Shown here: positions 12,143 to 22,932 of the stretch, piece after piece
Position numbering within the stretch: position 1 is the stretch's first letter
How the letters are laid out: each line of letters starts with the position of its first letter
Assembly: GCF_004010195.1 (NCBI RefSeq)
Contig: NC_057730.1
Location: 15,798,227 to 15,862,226, forward strand
Direction: 5' to 3'
Source: Chiloscyllium plagiosum
Taxonomy: Eukaryota
Length of the DNA: 64,000 nucleotides
The notes under the pieces: model-generated
Told to the model about the DNA's origin: nothing
Seen by the model: the letters and a program-made list of their open reading frames with translations, nothing else
Database searches by the model: none
Program-made: the position numbers and the translations under genes

Positions 12143-12302
12143 CAAAGTTGCCCAGTGTGGCCGTGCAGCCTCTGGCAGAGGTGTAGCAATCGTCAATACC
12201 AGCCATCTGTAGTAGTTTCTTGGGGACTGGAGCTGAGACAATACCAGTACCACGTGGAGCAGGGATCAGACGCACCAAGACTGAACCACAACGCCCAGTC
12301 AC
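12143..12302 (-). CDS. RPS2: RPS2 exon 6
   Basis: ttccag acceptor, gtaagt donor; 160 nt; [53 protein letters not shown]. Confidence 0.97.
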
Positions 12303-12635
12303 CTGGAACGTTAAGGTATTGTTACAGTGTGTTGTCAATACATCATAAAATTAGTTCTCCACAAATAAAAGTGATGAAAATCTTTCTCTGACTTAAACTA
12401 CAAGACACTGTATAAGACTGGCTGTTCAAACTTCAAGCAATTCCCATCAATGCAGAACCAAATATCACACAAACGTAACAGTACTTTCACTGACATGTAA
12501 ATCTTCCTATGATTGGGTAACTCGTACACATCAATATGCTGATGCAGCCGAAATGATTGTGCAATACTGGCTGTAGTTAATACTCTTTCTAAGAGTCAGC
12601 ACTAAAATTAAATCTCCTTTAACTGAAACCAATTA

Positions 12636-13039
<404 letters not shown>

Positions 13040-13116
13040 CTACAATACAGAAAATGTGTATACAAGTCTATTGTTGAGTAGATTACAGAAGCTGATTGAT
13101 CCACTCAATCTAATTA

Positions 13117-13251
<135 letters not shown>

Positions 13252-13332
13252 TCAGGACTTGTGCCAAAATAATTTATTTTGTGGTTTTAATAATGCAAAA
13301 CCTATTAGAAGAAATGGTAATGTGCATCTTAC

Positions 13333-13467
13333 CTCCTTATCTTCAGCCTTTCCACCACGAGCACCACGACCCCTGCCACGTCCCCGCCCACGGCCTCGGC
13401 CCCGCCCACGGCCACCAGAGCCGAAGCCACCGCGGAAGCCTCCTCTACCACCGGCGTCGTCCGCCAT
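13333..13467 (-). CDS. RPS2: RPS2 exon 2 coding part (start codon, RG/RGG-rich N-terminus); the exon begins at 13470
   Basis: tcgtag|CAA ATG; [45 protein letters not shown]; gtaaga donor. Confidence 0.97.
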
Positions 13468-13859
13468 TTGCTACGAATATAAAATCAAAACCTTACATCA
13501 CAATACACACATTTTTGGAAGCACTTAGTAATCCTAATATCTGACTCAGTTGCTGTTCAAATTACGTTGTGCTGCTTCCATAGCGCAGGGATCAAGGAAA
13601 GTTGCACTTGCACAATAACATTTAAATCATTCTTTTCCAACTTTACTAGAGTAAATTACAGCCAGTCATGTTTTGTGTTAATGGAGGACTATCATCTTGC
13701 CAAAGAAAATAACCTTTTCTTTGGACCATCTCAATCTTGGAAACTTCATTTCCTCTAAATGTGTTCTCCCTGAAAGGGTGGTGAAAACAGATCCAAAACT
13801 AATTTTCACTGGGAAAATAGAAATGCTGCAGAGGAATGGAATCAATGTGCAAGGGTCAA

Positions 13860-14475
13860 AGAACATAAGAACTAGGAGCAGGAGTACGCCATCTGTCCCT
13901 TCAAGCCTGCTCCACCATTCAGGAAGATCATGGTTGTATTTTTGTGGCCTCAGCTCTCCTCTCCTGCCCTCTCAGCATAATCCTTAATTCCTTTACTGTT
14001 CAAAACAAAAATCTATCTTAGCTTTAAAAACATTTACTGAAGTAGTGTCAACTACTTCACTGGACAGGGAATGCCACAGATTCACAAGCCTCTGGGTGAA
14101 GAACTTCCTACTCAATGCAGTTTTAAATCCGCTCCCCCTAATTTTGAGGCTATGCCCTCTTGTCCTAGTTTCACCCACCAGTGGAAACATCTTCTCTGCC
14201 CTCTATCCTATCTACTCCCCCCACTGTAATTTTCTGATAAGATTCCCCTTCATTTTTCTGAATTCCAATGAATATTACCCCAGTCGACTTGGTCTCTTTT
14301 CATAAGCCAACCCCCTCAACTCCGAATCAACCTAGTGAACCTCCTCAACAGCCCCTCTTGTGCCAGTACATTCCTTCTCAACTAAGGAGACCAAAGCTGC
14401 ATGCAGAACTCCAGGTGTGGCCTCAACAGCACGTTGTACAGCTGCAATATGACCTTCCCGCTTTTAAATTCAAAG
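13860..14475 (-). mobile_element. CR1 3' fragment in RPS2 intron 1
   Basis: MFPLVGETRTRGHSLKIRG..FFTQRLVNLWHSL. Confidence 0.85.
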
Positions 14476-14598
14476 ATTCAATGAATTCATGCTTTGCACT
14501 GATCATTCCACTCAGCTTTTATTGATAACACCGCAATTTATACATTCCCTTTCACAACATTCCAAAATTACTACCAGTAAACTTGTTAAATTTTAGTC

Positions 14599-14747
14599 GC
14601 GTTTCGGGTAAAAGCCCAGCATCGGGGACATTCCTGATGAAGAGCTTTTGCCCAAAACTTCAATTTTCCTGCTCCTTGGATGCTGCCTGACCTGCTGTGC
14701 CACACCCTTGACTGATTTCCAGCACCTACAGCCCTCACTTTCACCTA
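14599..14747 (+). mobile_element. Family 3 Penelope terminal-repeat derivative in RPS2 intron 1
   Basis: CTGATGAAGAGCTTTTGCCCAAAAC preceded by a short inverted TTTCGGGTAAAAGCCC; 14-bp TSD GTTAAATTTTAGTC (14585-14598, 14748-14761). Confidence 0.75.
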
Positions 14748-15464
14748 GTTAAATTTTAGTCAGTTTTAATCAGGAAATGCAGCAATTTGTAAAGCCAGTG
14801 GTGAGGTAATGACGGTACAAACTCTTGCACTGCTGGTTAAGAGATAAATAAAGGTAAAGTCGCTATACTCCTACCAGACAATAGAGCTGTTCTTCATTAG
14901 AGTGGTGGTTTAACCAGAGGTTCACCACACCTCAGGCGAGGAGAGGTTGAGGACAGTAGTCCTTTACGGTAACCTCAGGAATAAATATTGGCCAGACAGG
15001 GGCAAGGTCAACCCACTGTTTTGCAGGGTGAAGCCATGAAATTCACTGTGGAAGCTGTAAGGCCTCAATTCAATCTCATCTGGGAAAAAGAGCACCTCAT
15101 ATGATGTGCTGAACATACTGAATTCAAGTCCCTGAGGCAAGACCACCAACACAGAGAAACCTACAACTCTTATGTATCTATAAACTACCACTCTGCTGAG
15201 TATAAGATATCTTTTTATTTATGGTCTCTACTTACTGAAAAACAGAACTCTTCGACAGACGTTAAAGCAGATCAGGCAAACAGCAGCCAATGGCATGATG
15301 ACACTATTCTTGGACTGGGTTTCTGTAATCTAGGATTCGTGATCCTGACTGAATTTATCATCTTTCACACATGTTGTAGAGGAAGGATTGCAGTTCCAGA
15401 ATTAATGCTCTTGCAGGCTGCGGTATTCCCTCCAATACCACTTACACATCAAGAGTATTGTACA

Positions 15465-15905
15465 GAGTTTTGGTGCCATACCTCAGGAAGGATGTACTTG
15501 CCCTAGAGCGTGTTCACAGGACATTCACAAGAATGGTCTCAGTCAATGAAAAGCTTCGCACATGAGAAACGTTTTGAGGTCGCTTGATCTTTGGTGGTTT
15601 AGAAGGATGGGGGAGGGAGGGATCTAACTGAAACATACTGAATAGCCTGGATAGAGTAGATGTTGGGAAGATATTTCCATTGGTCAGAGAGACTAGCACC
15701 TAAACAGAGTTAAGGTGAAACTTCAGCCAGGGAGCAGAGAATCTGTGGAATTCACTGCCACTGAAAGCTGTGGAGACCAGGTCATTGTGTGTACATTTAA
15801 GACTGAGATAGATGTGTGTCAAGGGTCACTGGGAGAAAGCAGGAGGACAGAGTTGAGAAATCTATCAGCCATGACTGAATGGCAAAGCAGGCTCAATGGC
15901 CTGAT
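15465..15905 (+). mobile_element. Degraded CR1 3' fragment
   Basis: Remnants of KDVLALERV, IFPLVRETS and VNLWNSLP motifs. Confidence 0.7.
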
Positions 15906-16289
15906 TTCTGCTCCTGTGTGTTACGGTCTGCCTCCTGCAGCGCCCCAGGGTTGTTAAGCTGCAGGGCCCGACTCCATGTGAGTGGCCGAGCATTAATGGC
16001 AGAGCCCGCCACCCTCATCCCACTCCGGACCAGACAGGTGAACCTTACCGTAAGGATTCACTCACTACAATCCGGCTCCACCCGAGAAAATGGGGCCGGG
16101 CCGCGGAGCCACTAGAACACCACACACCACCCCCACCCCAAACCTGCTCATATTATGAACTTCTTTCACGTTAAATGAAGACAATATCCGCATGACCAAT
16201 TTTATAAGGATCAGGTAGGTACCCGGCCGTCTCTGCCGGAGCTGCTGTGAAGAGGATGGCTGAGATATTTAACCGATTGCGGACACTCC

Positions 16290-16600
16290 GAACCGCCATT
16301 ACTTACGTGATAATTCTCAAAAAGAAGGCCGAAGGCTGTCTGCGCAGGCCTTTTAAAGACTCCGGGATCTCGCGATAGGATGTGAGGAGACCCTGGACCG
16401 AGCATATATCATTATGTTAACGTTCAGGCAGCGCTTTCTTATCTGTGTTATTCAGATTAAGGGCTTATCGGCTGGCTTTGAAGCCCCGAACCGAGTATAT
16501 ACAATTACTTTGACTATTGAGAAGCAGCTTGTTGATTGTATTATTCAGGTTCAGGGTTGAACAGTTCGCTTTTATAAAAGCCACCGTTGCCACCCTTTCC
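16290..16600. promoter_or_regulatory. Bidirectional CpG-rich promoter shared by RPS2 (-) and the SNHG9-like host (+)
   Basis: YY1-type AATGGCGG (16293-16300, -) just inside RPS2 intron 1; TTTAAAA about 25-30 nt upstream of the RPS2 start; TCTCGCGATA (16368-16377, one mismatch to TCTCGCGAGA); on +, TATAAAAG (16573-16580) and TCT initiator CCCTTTCC (16593-16600). Confidence 0.8.
16307..16328 (-). other. RPS2: RPS2 non-coding exon 1 with 5' terminal oligopyrimidine (TOP) tract
   Basis: Minus strand reads CCTTCTTTTTGAGAATTATCAC|gtaagt: a TCT-type initiator plus a perfect donor, typical of ribosomal protein genes. Confidence 0.85.
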
Positions 16601-19170
16601 CGCGGCATAGGAAGAGTGTGTGACCATGTGAGGTATGTGTTTAAATTGTAATATTAAATTATAATTGTGAAACTAGCTCTTAAATGGCCTGGCACGATAA
16701 TCCACTTCAACTGGAAGATTTAAAAGTTTGTTTTTGGGGTTTATAAATCTGAACCTTAAATTATTTTGATTCTAATATTTTTGCCTTTATTTAAAATCAC
16801 AAACTACAGTTTCAGTTTTAAAATTGCTCGGTTGCCTCCACGTTAAAGTGTTCGAGATCATAATCTTTAACTGGAAAATGCAGAACCTGTAAAATATTGA
16901 GATCAGGTGTTAAAACTAAAAAAAATTAGGTTTCTAATATGTGTGACGTATAAAGTTAATGTAATTACCAGCTAGAGTTTTGTATTAATTTACTTTTGGA
17001 ATTGCTGTCACTGGTATTTATAGGTTACTAATAACCTGGTTCAGCAGTTGGGAACACGTGTTGTATACTGGATGGGTATAGTGACTGGCACACTGAAAAT
17101 TACCTATGGCACTGCCAATTACCATGGGTAAGATTAGTGTGCCTACATTAAATGGTACACTAAAGCTTATTGCCTACTTTTGTTGTTTGTGGTCAATAAA
17201 ACCCGTGTGCCAATAAATTTTAATTGAACCTTTTAAAAGGTGTAGTTGTTTGCAATGTCCACTTTCAAAAATGACTATTTGCAGGCAGTATTCTAGACTG
17301 TGTACTGTGATTTTAATCTTACGCTTGGTTATAGGTGTTGTGCAGTCCAGAGAATTAAATATGGCATCAGATGGGTGACCAGACTTGAAAAGCACACACT
17401 GAAGACAAGAATGAAAAGTCACGGTAGTATGTACTATCCCAACTACACAAAGCTGATCAAGCCTCCATCAGCTGCACCTTTCAAACCTATGATCTCCATA
17501 TAAACTTGAGATAACTAGAAGGTTTTTTCTCCTAATCACACTGAAGGAACAATTCCAAATTAGACACTTTCTGGAATTTGAAATATTAACTTCTTTACTA
17601 GCATAATGGGTATTACCTGCAGCTGCTGTAGTTAAATTCAGAATAGGCAATGTAAGAGTATTCTGTGAAATGAAAGAGTTCCTCTGTTTATGTTTAATCG
17701 AATAGGCAGTAGTTCATGAGCTACTGAAATGCAAGTCCCAAATAAGTCAAAACCGTAGGATAACTGTTAGTTTATTGGAATAGAAACCACAAGATGTAGG
17801 AGCAGAAGTAGGCCAGTCATTCAGCCTGTCCAGTCATCTCTGAAAAGTAGATCTCATGGCTGATCAGATAACCCTCAACTCCATTTTGCCTTCCCCAATT
17901 TAAAAACCTGTCTGGTCTATAGAGTCCTCTAACACACTTAATGACCAAACCTGGACCACTCTCAGGCGTAAAGAATTCTGAAGATTCACCACCCTCAAGA
18001 AATCCTTATGCCATAAAATGGCCATCTACTCTCCCACAAGAGAGAGAATCGCTTTTCTGCATCTACATGGCCAAGTGACCCAAGAATTTTGTTTCTCTGG
18101 AGTACAGGTCCAAATATATTCAGCATCTCAAGACTGTCCCACCACATCCTGGATCAGCCTTCTGGAACCTTCCCTGCACTAGTGCCAATAGCAGGTTCGT
18201 TCTTTAGCCAAGGGGACCAAAACTTCACAGTATTCAAGACATTGTCACAGTATTTTGTTTTAGATTGACCTCCATCTTCCATTTCCTTCCTCAATAGCTG
18301 AAGTTGTACACTAGCTTTTGAGAATTTTTACATGGTTTCTGCAGTTTAATATTCAGTACCTCATTTTCCCATAGTTTACTTCATCTGCCAAGTTTTTGCT
18401 GACTCTGAGCCAGTCTATATCCCCCCCTGCAGGTTGTCATCCTTACCACTTGTCTTCCCACCTATATTTGGGTCATCTCCAAACTTAGCTACACTACATT
18501 CCCTATCAGTGTCAGTGTCAAAGTCAATAAAATTTATAGTGAACAAACTGATCATTTCAGCTTGGTTGCAGGCATATCATTTGACTAGATTTTTATAAAT
18601 GAACTCCTGTTTCATGAACAATGTTTAACAAATATTGAACATTTAGATAAATTAAATGCTGATTCTTTATTTCAAAGTCTACAGACATAGAAAAGTCAAA
18701 TAACTTGGTGCTGCAAATTTAAAAAGTATAAAGTTGAATAACAATTACACTGTGCTAATAGGACAGTAGAATCAGGTAGACAGCTTAAGACTCAGTTACT
18801 GACCCCCAAAAAGCAACTTTGCCATTGGCTAGAATTACTTTTATTTCCTCCCCATTATTTTAAAAATTTCAATTCAATTTTTTAAATTCATCAAAAGTTC
18901 TACTGCCCTTTTAACTGAGTGACAGGATATAAAATATTACAAGATTTTAGGTAAAAAAGTTAAATCTAGTGGTAAAAGCACACCAACAGGAAATTGATGC
19001 TGCTTCAGCTTTCTCTTTCAGGTTTCCTTTTATTAGCTATTGGGACCTCAACTCCAGTTGGAGTGATAAATGAAATTTGAGTACTGTTACACCTTTTTCA
19101 CATGTGTTTTGGACTTGTATCATGCATTTCATGAAATGCAAAAGAAATAAAACTATTAAAAACAGGATTG
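16595..19170 (+). ncRNA. SNHG9: SNHG9-like non-coding snoRNA host gene (exon 1 about 16595-16632; later exons tentative: acceptors at 17284 or 17334, terminal exon about 19022-19170)
   Basis: TATA + TCT initiator + AG|gtatgt donor at 16632/16633; intronic SNORA78; syntenic position head-to-head with RPS2; ttctctttcag acceptor at 19021 and AATAAA at 19146-19151. Internal exon structure is uncertain. Confidence 0.65.
17086..17218 (+). ncRNA. SNORA78: H/ACA snoRNA SNORA78 (ACA64) orthologue
   Basis: Hairpin 1 GGCACAC..TTACCTATGG/CCATGGGTAA..GTGTGCC, H box ACATTA (17145-17150), hairpin 2 TGGTACAC..TTATTG/CAATAA..GTGTGCCA, terminal AUA box (17213-17215); pocket CTGAAAAT/AGATT pairs with conserved 28S GAUCU-U-G-AUUUUCAG with 14 nt spacing to the H box. 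Confidence 0.88.
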
Positions 19171-19677
19171 CATACTGGTGAATTTGAATTCATGATTCGG
19201 TTTGATTCTAGTGAAAACTTATTTGTTCATCACAACATAAATCTGATTTTCAATGCAAAAATGATTGATTGGAAATTCAGAATAGTCTGATGCACCTGAG
19301 TTTTTTCCATTAAGATGTAGACTAAATTCTAGATTTAGAAGAATTTTAACATTCAAAATAGTAAGAGGAGCAGAAATGATATAGTATACTTTGAGCCCAT
19401 AACTGAAACCTAACCGGGTCACAACAGTTAGAGGGAGGGGGTTCCAGATGAGAGTCTTATTCTATATCGGGCCTGCACTATACCTTGTTCATCATTGGAG
19501 AACTAACGTACTCGTGGCAGTTCTAGATACAAGTTAATCTGCATTTACTGACTTACAGCTATTAAGTTTCTCAAGTATATTGCAGCATTAATTATAGAAA
19601 TAAGCAAAAACATTTAAAGTGTTATAACTGGTGCAGGTTTTCCATCTTAGCAATCATCCCATTAAAAGGCACCACAT

Positions 19678-19750
19678 TCAGTGTGGCTGGCTGTGCTGTC
19701 TTCTGGATAGTAATCGGAGGTTGTTGCGCTTCCACATAGCCTTTCGCCAC
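19678..19750 (-). CDS. RNF151: RNF151-like, predicted last coding exon (7)
   Basis: ctcctactttttag acceptor; phase 2 matches the previous donor; (R)WRKAMWKRNNLRLLSRRQHSQPH then TGA; no homology support. Confidence 0.6.
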
Positions 19751-20582
19751 CTAAAAAGTAGGAGAAATAAGTAGGGATTAAATTTAAGGTTTACAGTAAT
19801 TGATTTAATTAGGATTGGTGGGCAGAAGGCAAAGTAAAGATGGAATTTAAAATATTTAAGTTACCTAAAAGTACACAAGTTATGGAAAATTGGAATTTCA
19901 CTGGCATTTTTCCATTTGGAATTTTACAACACTCTTCCCATTAGAGATTTTTTCTTTGTATCTCCTTATACTTTCAGAGAAACACGCCCTTAAGAAGTCT
20001 TCTCCCATTAAGTAGCAGCACTAGTTCACAGCAGTAAATGAGTACACATATGAAACAAATGGCTTTTGAGCCAATAACTTCCAGAAAACAAACCTAAGCA
20101 TCAAAAGTCTGACTTATTCCTGTCAGCCTTACAGCTGGGGCATGTGTTCACTGATTTAATAACTATCAGGGGGAAACATTAATTAGGAATCAGTGAGAAT
20201 TACAGATACATCATAGATTAGCCGCAGATTTTAACTAAATCAAGACAGTACTTAGCTCAAGGATGCAATGGCCTAGTAGTATTCCCATTAGACTATTAAT
20301 CCAGAAGCTAATCAAATGTTCTGGGGACCTGGATTCAAATCCCATCATGGCAAGTGATTGTCAGTGTTAGACCCTTCATTCCAGAGATTCTTGATGGAAA
20401 TTGAATTCAGTAAAACCATTCTGTTGTCAGAAAAAACATCTGGTTCATTAACATCTTCAGGGAAGGCAATCTATTATCCTGACTGGATCTGGCCCACAAG
20501 AGGCTTCAAAACCACAGCAATATGGTTGACTCAACTGTCTGTAGGCAATAAATGCTAGCCAGAGACATTTATATCCCATGAA

Positions 20583-20885
20583 GGGTGGTTTGGTGATTAG
20601 CACTGCTGCCTCTCCCCCAGCACCAGGGTCCCAGGTTCGATTCCAGCCTCTGGCGACTGTGGAGTTTGCACATTCTCCCCATGTCTGTGGGGTTTCCTCT
20701 GGTGCTCCGGTTTCCTCCCACAGTCCAAAGATGTGCAGGTCAGGTGAATTGGCCATACTAAATTGCCTATAGTGTTAGGTGCATTAGTCAGAGGGAAATG
20801 GGTCTGGGTGGGTTACTCTTTGGAGGGTTGGTGTGGACTGGTTGGGCTGAAGAGCCTGTTTCTGCACTGTAGGGAATCTAATTAA
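20583..20885 (+). mobile_element. HE1-type tRNA-derived SINE
   Basis: A/B-box head (..TAGCACTGCTGCCTC..GGTTCGATTCC), core TGTGGAGTTTGCACATTCTCCCC, CR1-like tail. Confidence 0.85.
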
Positions 20886-21597
20886 TCTTTAGAAATGAAC
20901 TTAAAAATAAAAATGCACTCAGTGCTTTACACTTTCATACCAACAGCAGCCCATCATAATAAAATGGAACAGTATTGTAACACATGGTCAGATAAAATAA
21001 GATTGCTTTACTGTCTGTTTGCACTGTACATTTTACTGACCAGCTGACTACTTTGAGGTTCATTGCATTTAACTGAATGTATCAAATAAGCCTGACAAAA
21101 ACTGGTCAGTGTGTGGAGTTTGCACATTCTCCCCATGTCTGCATGGGTTTACTCCTGCAATCCAAAGATGTGCAGGTTAGGTGAATTGGCCATGCTAAAT
21201 TGTCCAGTGTTCAGGGATGTGTAGGTTAGGTGCAATTAGGAGAATATAGGTTGAATTAGGAGAAAAAAAGCTCTTCACTGGTCGTGGTCATATCCAGCAA
21301 AAAAAAATGATGATGGTCACTGTTGGAGACCAAGTTCAAGGACACTCCGAAGGTCCAAACATTTTCAGCTACATCAATAACCTACCTTGTAGTAAAAGGG
21401 AAACAAATGGGAATGTTCATTGTGCAACCAATGAGAAAGGAGTTTATAACCGTATCCAGGTGACATTGCCAGTGCTAAATCTCTCATTAATTGACATCCT
21501 AGAGGTTGCCATTAACCAGAAACTTCACTGGATCAGCAACATAAATACCATGGCTAGAAGAGAGAGGTCAGAGATTAGGACTTTGTAGTAAGTCGAT

Positions 21598-21872
21598 CAT
21601 AGCAAGTCCACAGCAACCCCCTGAGGAGGAACCCACCCAGACCTGTTCCCCTACATATAACCCCTAACTAATGCACCCAACCCACACATCCCTGAACTGG
21701 ACAATTTAGCATAGCCAATTCACCTAACCTGCACATCTTTGGATTACGGGAAGAAACCCACGCAGACACGGAGAATGTGCAAACTCCACACAGACAGACA
21801 CCGGAGGCTGGAATCGAACGCAGGTCCCCGGCACTAGAGGTAGCAGTGCTAACCACTGAGCCACTGTACCGC
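21598..21872 (-). mobile_element. HE1-type SINE
   Basis: GTGGCTCAGTGGTTAGCACTGCT..GTTCGATTCC on the - strand. Confidence 0.85.
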
Positions 21873-22219
21873 CCTCGTAATTTGTCTTCTGAATCTTCAA
21901 AGTTTGTCCACCATTTACAAGCACAAGACGAGCAATGTGATGAAATAACTTGCTGGTCTAGGACAAAAACAGCTGCTACCTCATTGACCAAATCTAAAAC
22001 ATTCATTTCATTCTCTACCAGTGCACAGTATGTGTGCCACCAACAGGATTTACCACAGCTACTCAACAAGGCTTCTTCAACAACTTCCAAACCCATGACC
22101 TGTACCACTTGAACTGCAGTGAATCAAGGTGCTGGATCATCAGCACCTGCTCAAGGGCAGTTAGTGATTGGAAATAAATGCTGATCCAAGAAATTGGGAA
22201 TGTAATTTTATAAACATAC

Positions 22220-22454
22220 CTCATGGAACATTGCAGCATCCATGACCTGAGCCGCCTTCTGTTTGAAGCATCTTGACCAAAGATACTGACATTCCCAGAA
22301 GCAATGTTACCATCATCCATTTCAAAATATAAATGGGACTGTGACCTAGTGCGATTGGCTTCTTGTTCAGTGCTGGAACTGGAAGTGATTGAAATGGTGT
22401 CCTCAATCACTGCTTCATTTAGACACACTTCATTTTCGATGTCATCTAATTCAT
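22220..22454 (-). CDS. RNF151: RNF151-like, predicted exon 6
   Basis: tctttaatcag acceptor, AG|gtatgt donor; 235 nt open frame (D)ELDDIENEVCLNEAVIEDTISITSSSSTEQEANRTRSQSHLYFEMDDGNIASGNVSIFGQDASNRRRLRSWMLQCSM; phases 1 and 2 fit its neighbours. Confidence 0.65.
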
Positions 22455-22754
22455 CTGATTAAAGATACAAATTTAATAGGCTAAAGCTGTACTTCAGAAG
22501 ATTCATTCAATAAATGTAGGCACTTTATAACAGTCTTATAACTTCCATATATAGTCTGTTAATTTGCAGGTGCTTAGGTACAAATTAATTGAATTTGCAA
22601 AAACGCCACCATCCATTTGCTGAATTAGAATTGCCAACATAAATGGGTCCCAATTAACAATATCTGAAAATTAATTCAAATCCTTATCACCAAGGTGTGG
22701 CTAAGCCTCTGTGATTAGGGTCCCTTGGAGTGTTGGTTGAACAGTTGGAGGTGA

Positions 22755-22932
22755 TTTGGCGATGCTAGTGTTGGACTGGGGTGTACAAAGTTTTTTTAAA
22801 AAAAAATCACACCACTAGGTTATAGTCCAACAGGTTTATGTGGAAGCACTAGCTTTTGGAGTGCTGCTCCTTTCAGGTGGTAACCACCTCATGAAAGAGC
22901 AGTACTCCGAAAGCTAGTGCTTCCAAATAAAC
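22755..22932 (-). mobile_element. Family 1 palindromic hammerhead element, degenerate
   Basis: Same arms (GGAAGCACTAGCTTT/GAAAGCTAGTGCTTCC) and tail GTGTTGGACTGGGGTGTACAAAG; both cores mutated. Confidence 0.8.

Noticed and set aside
16218-16256. Alternative RPS2 first exon CCTCTTC...GG|gtacct on the - strand
   Set aside because: Weaker donor and initiator than 16307-16328; could be a minor start but is unsupported
18760-18927. Complementary blocks ACTCAGTTA/TAACTGAGT followed by ACA, a possible second snoRNA in the SNHG9-like host
   Set aside because: The pairings cross and span an AT-rich low-complexity stretch; no two-hairpin H/ACA fold
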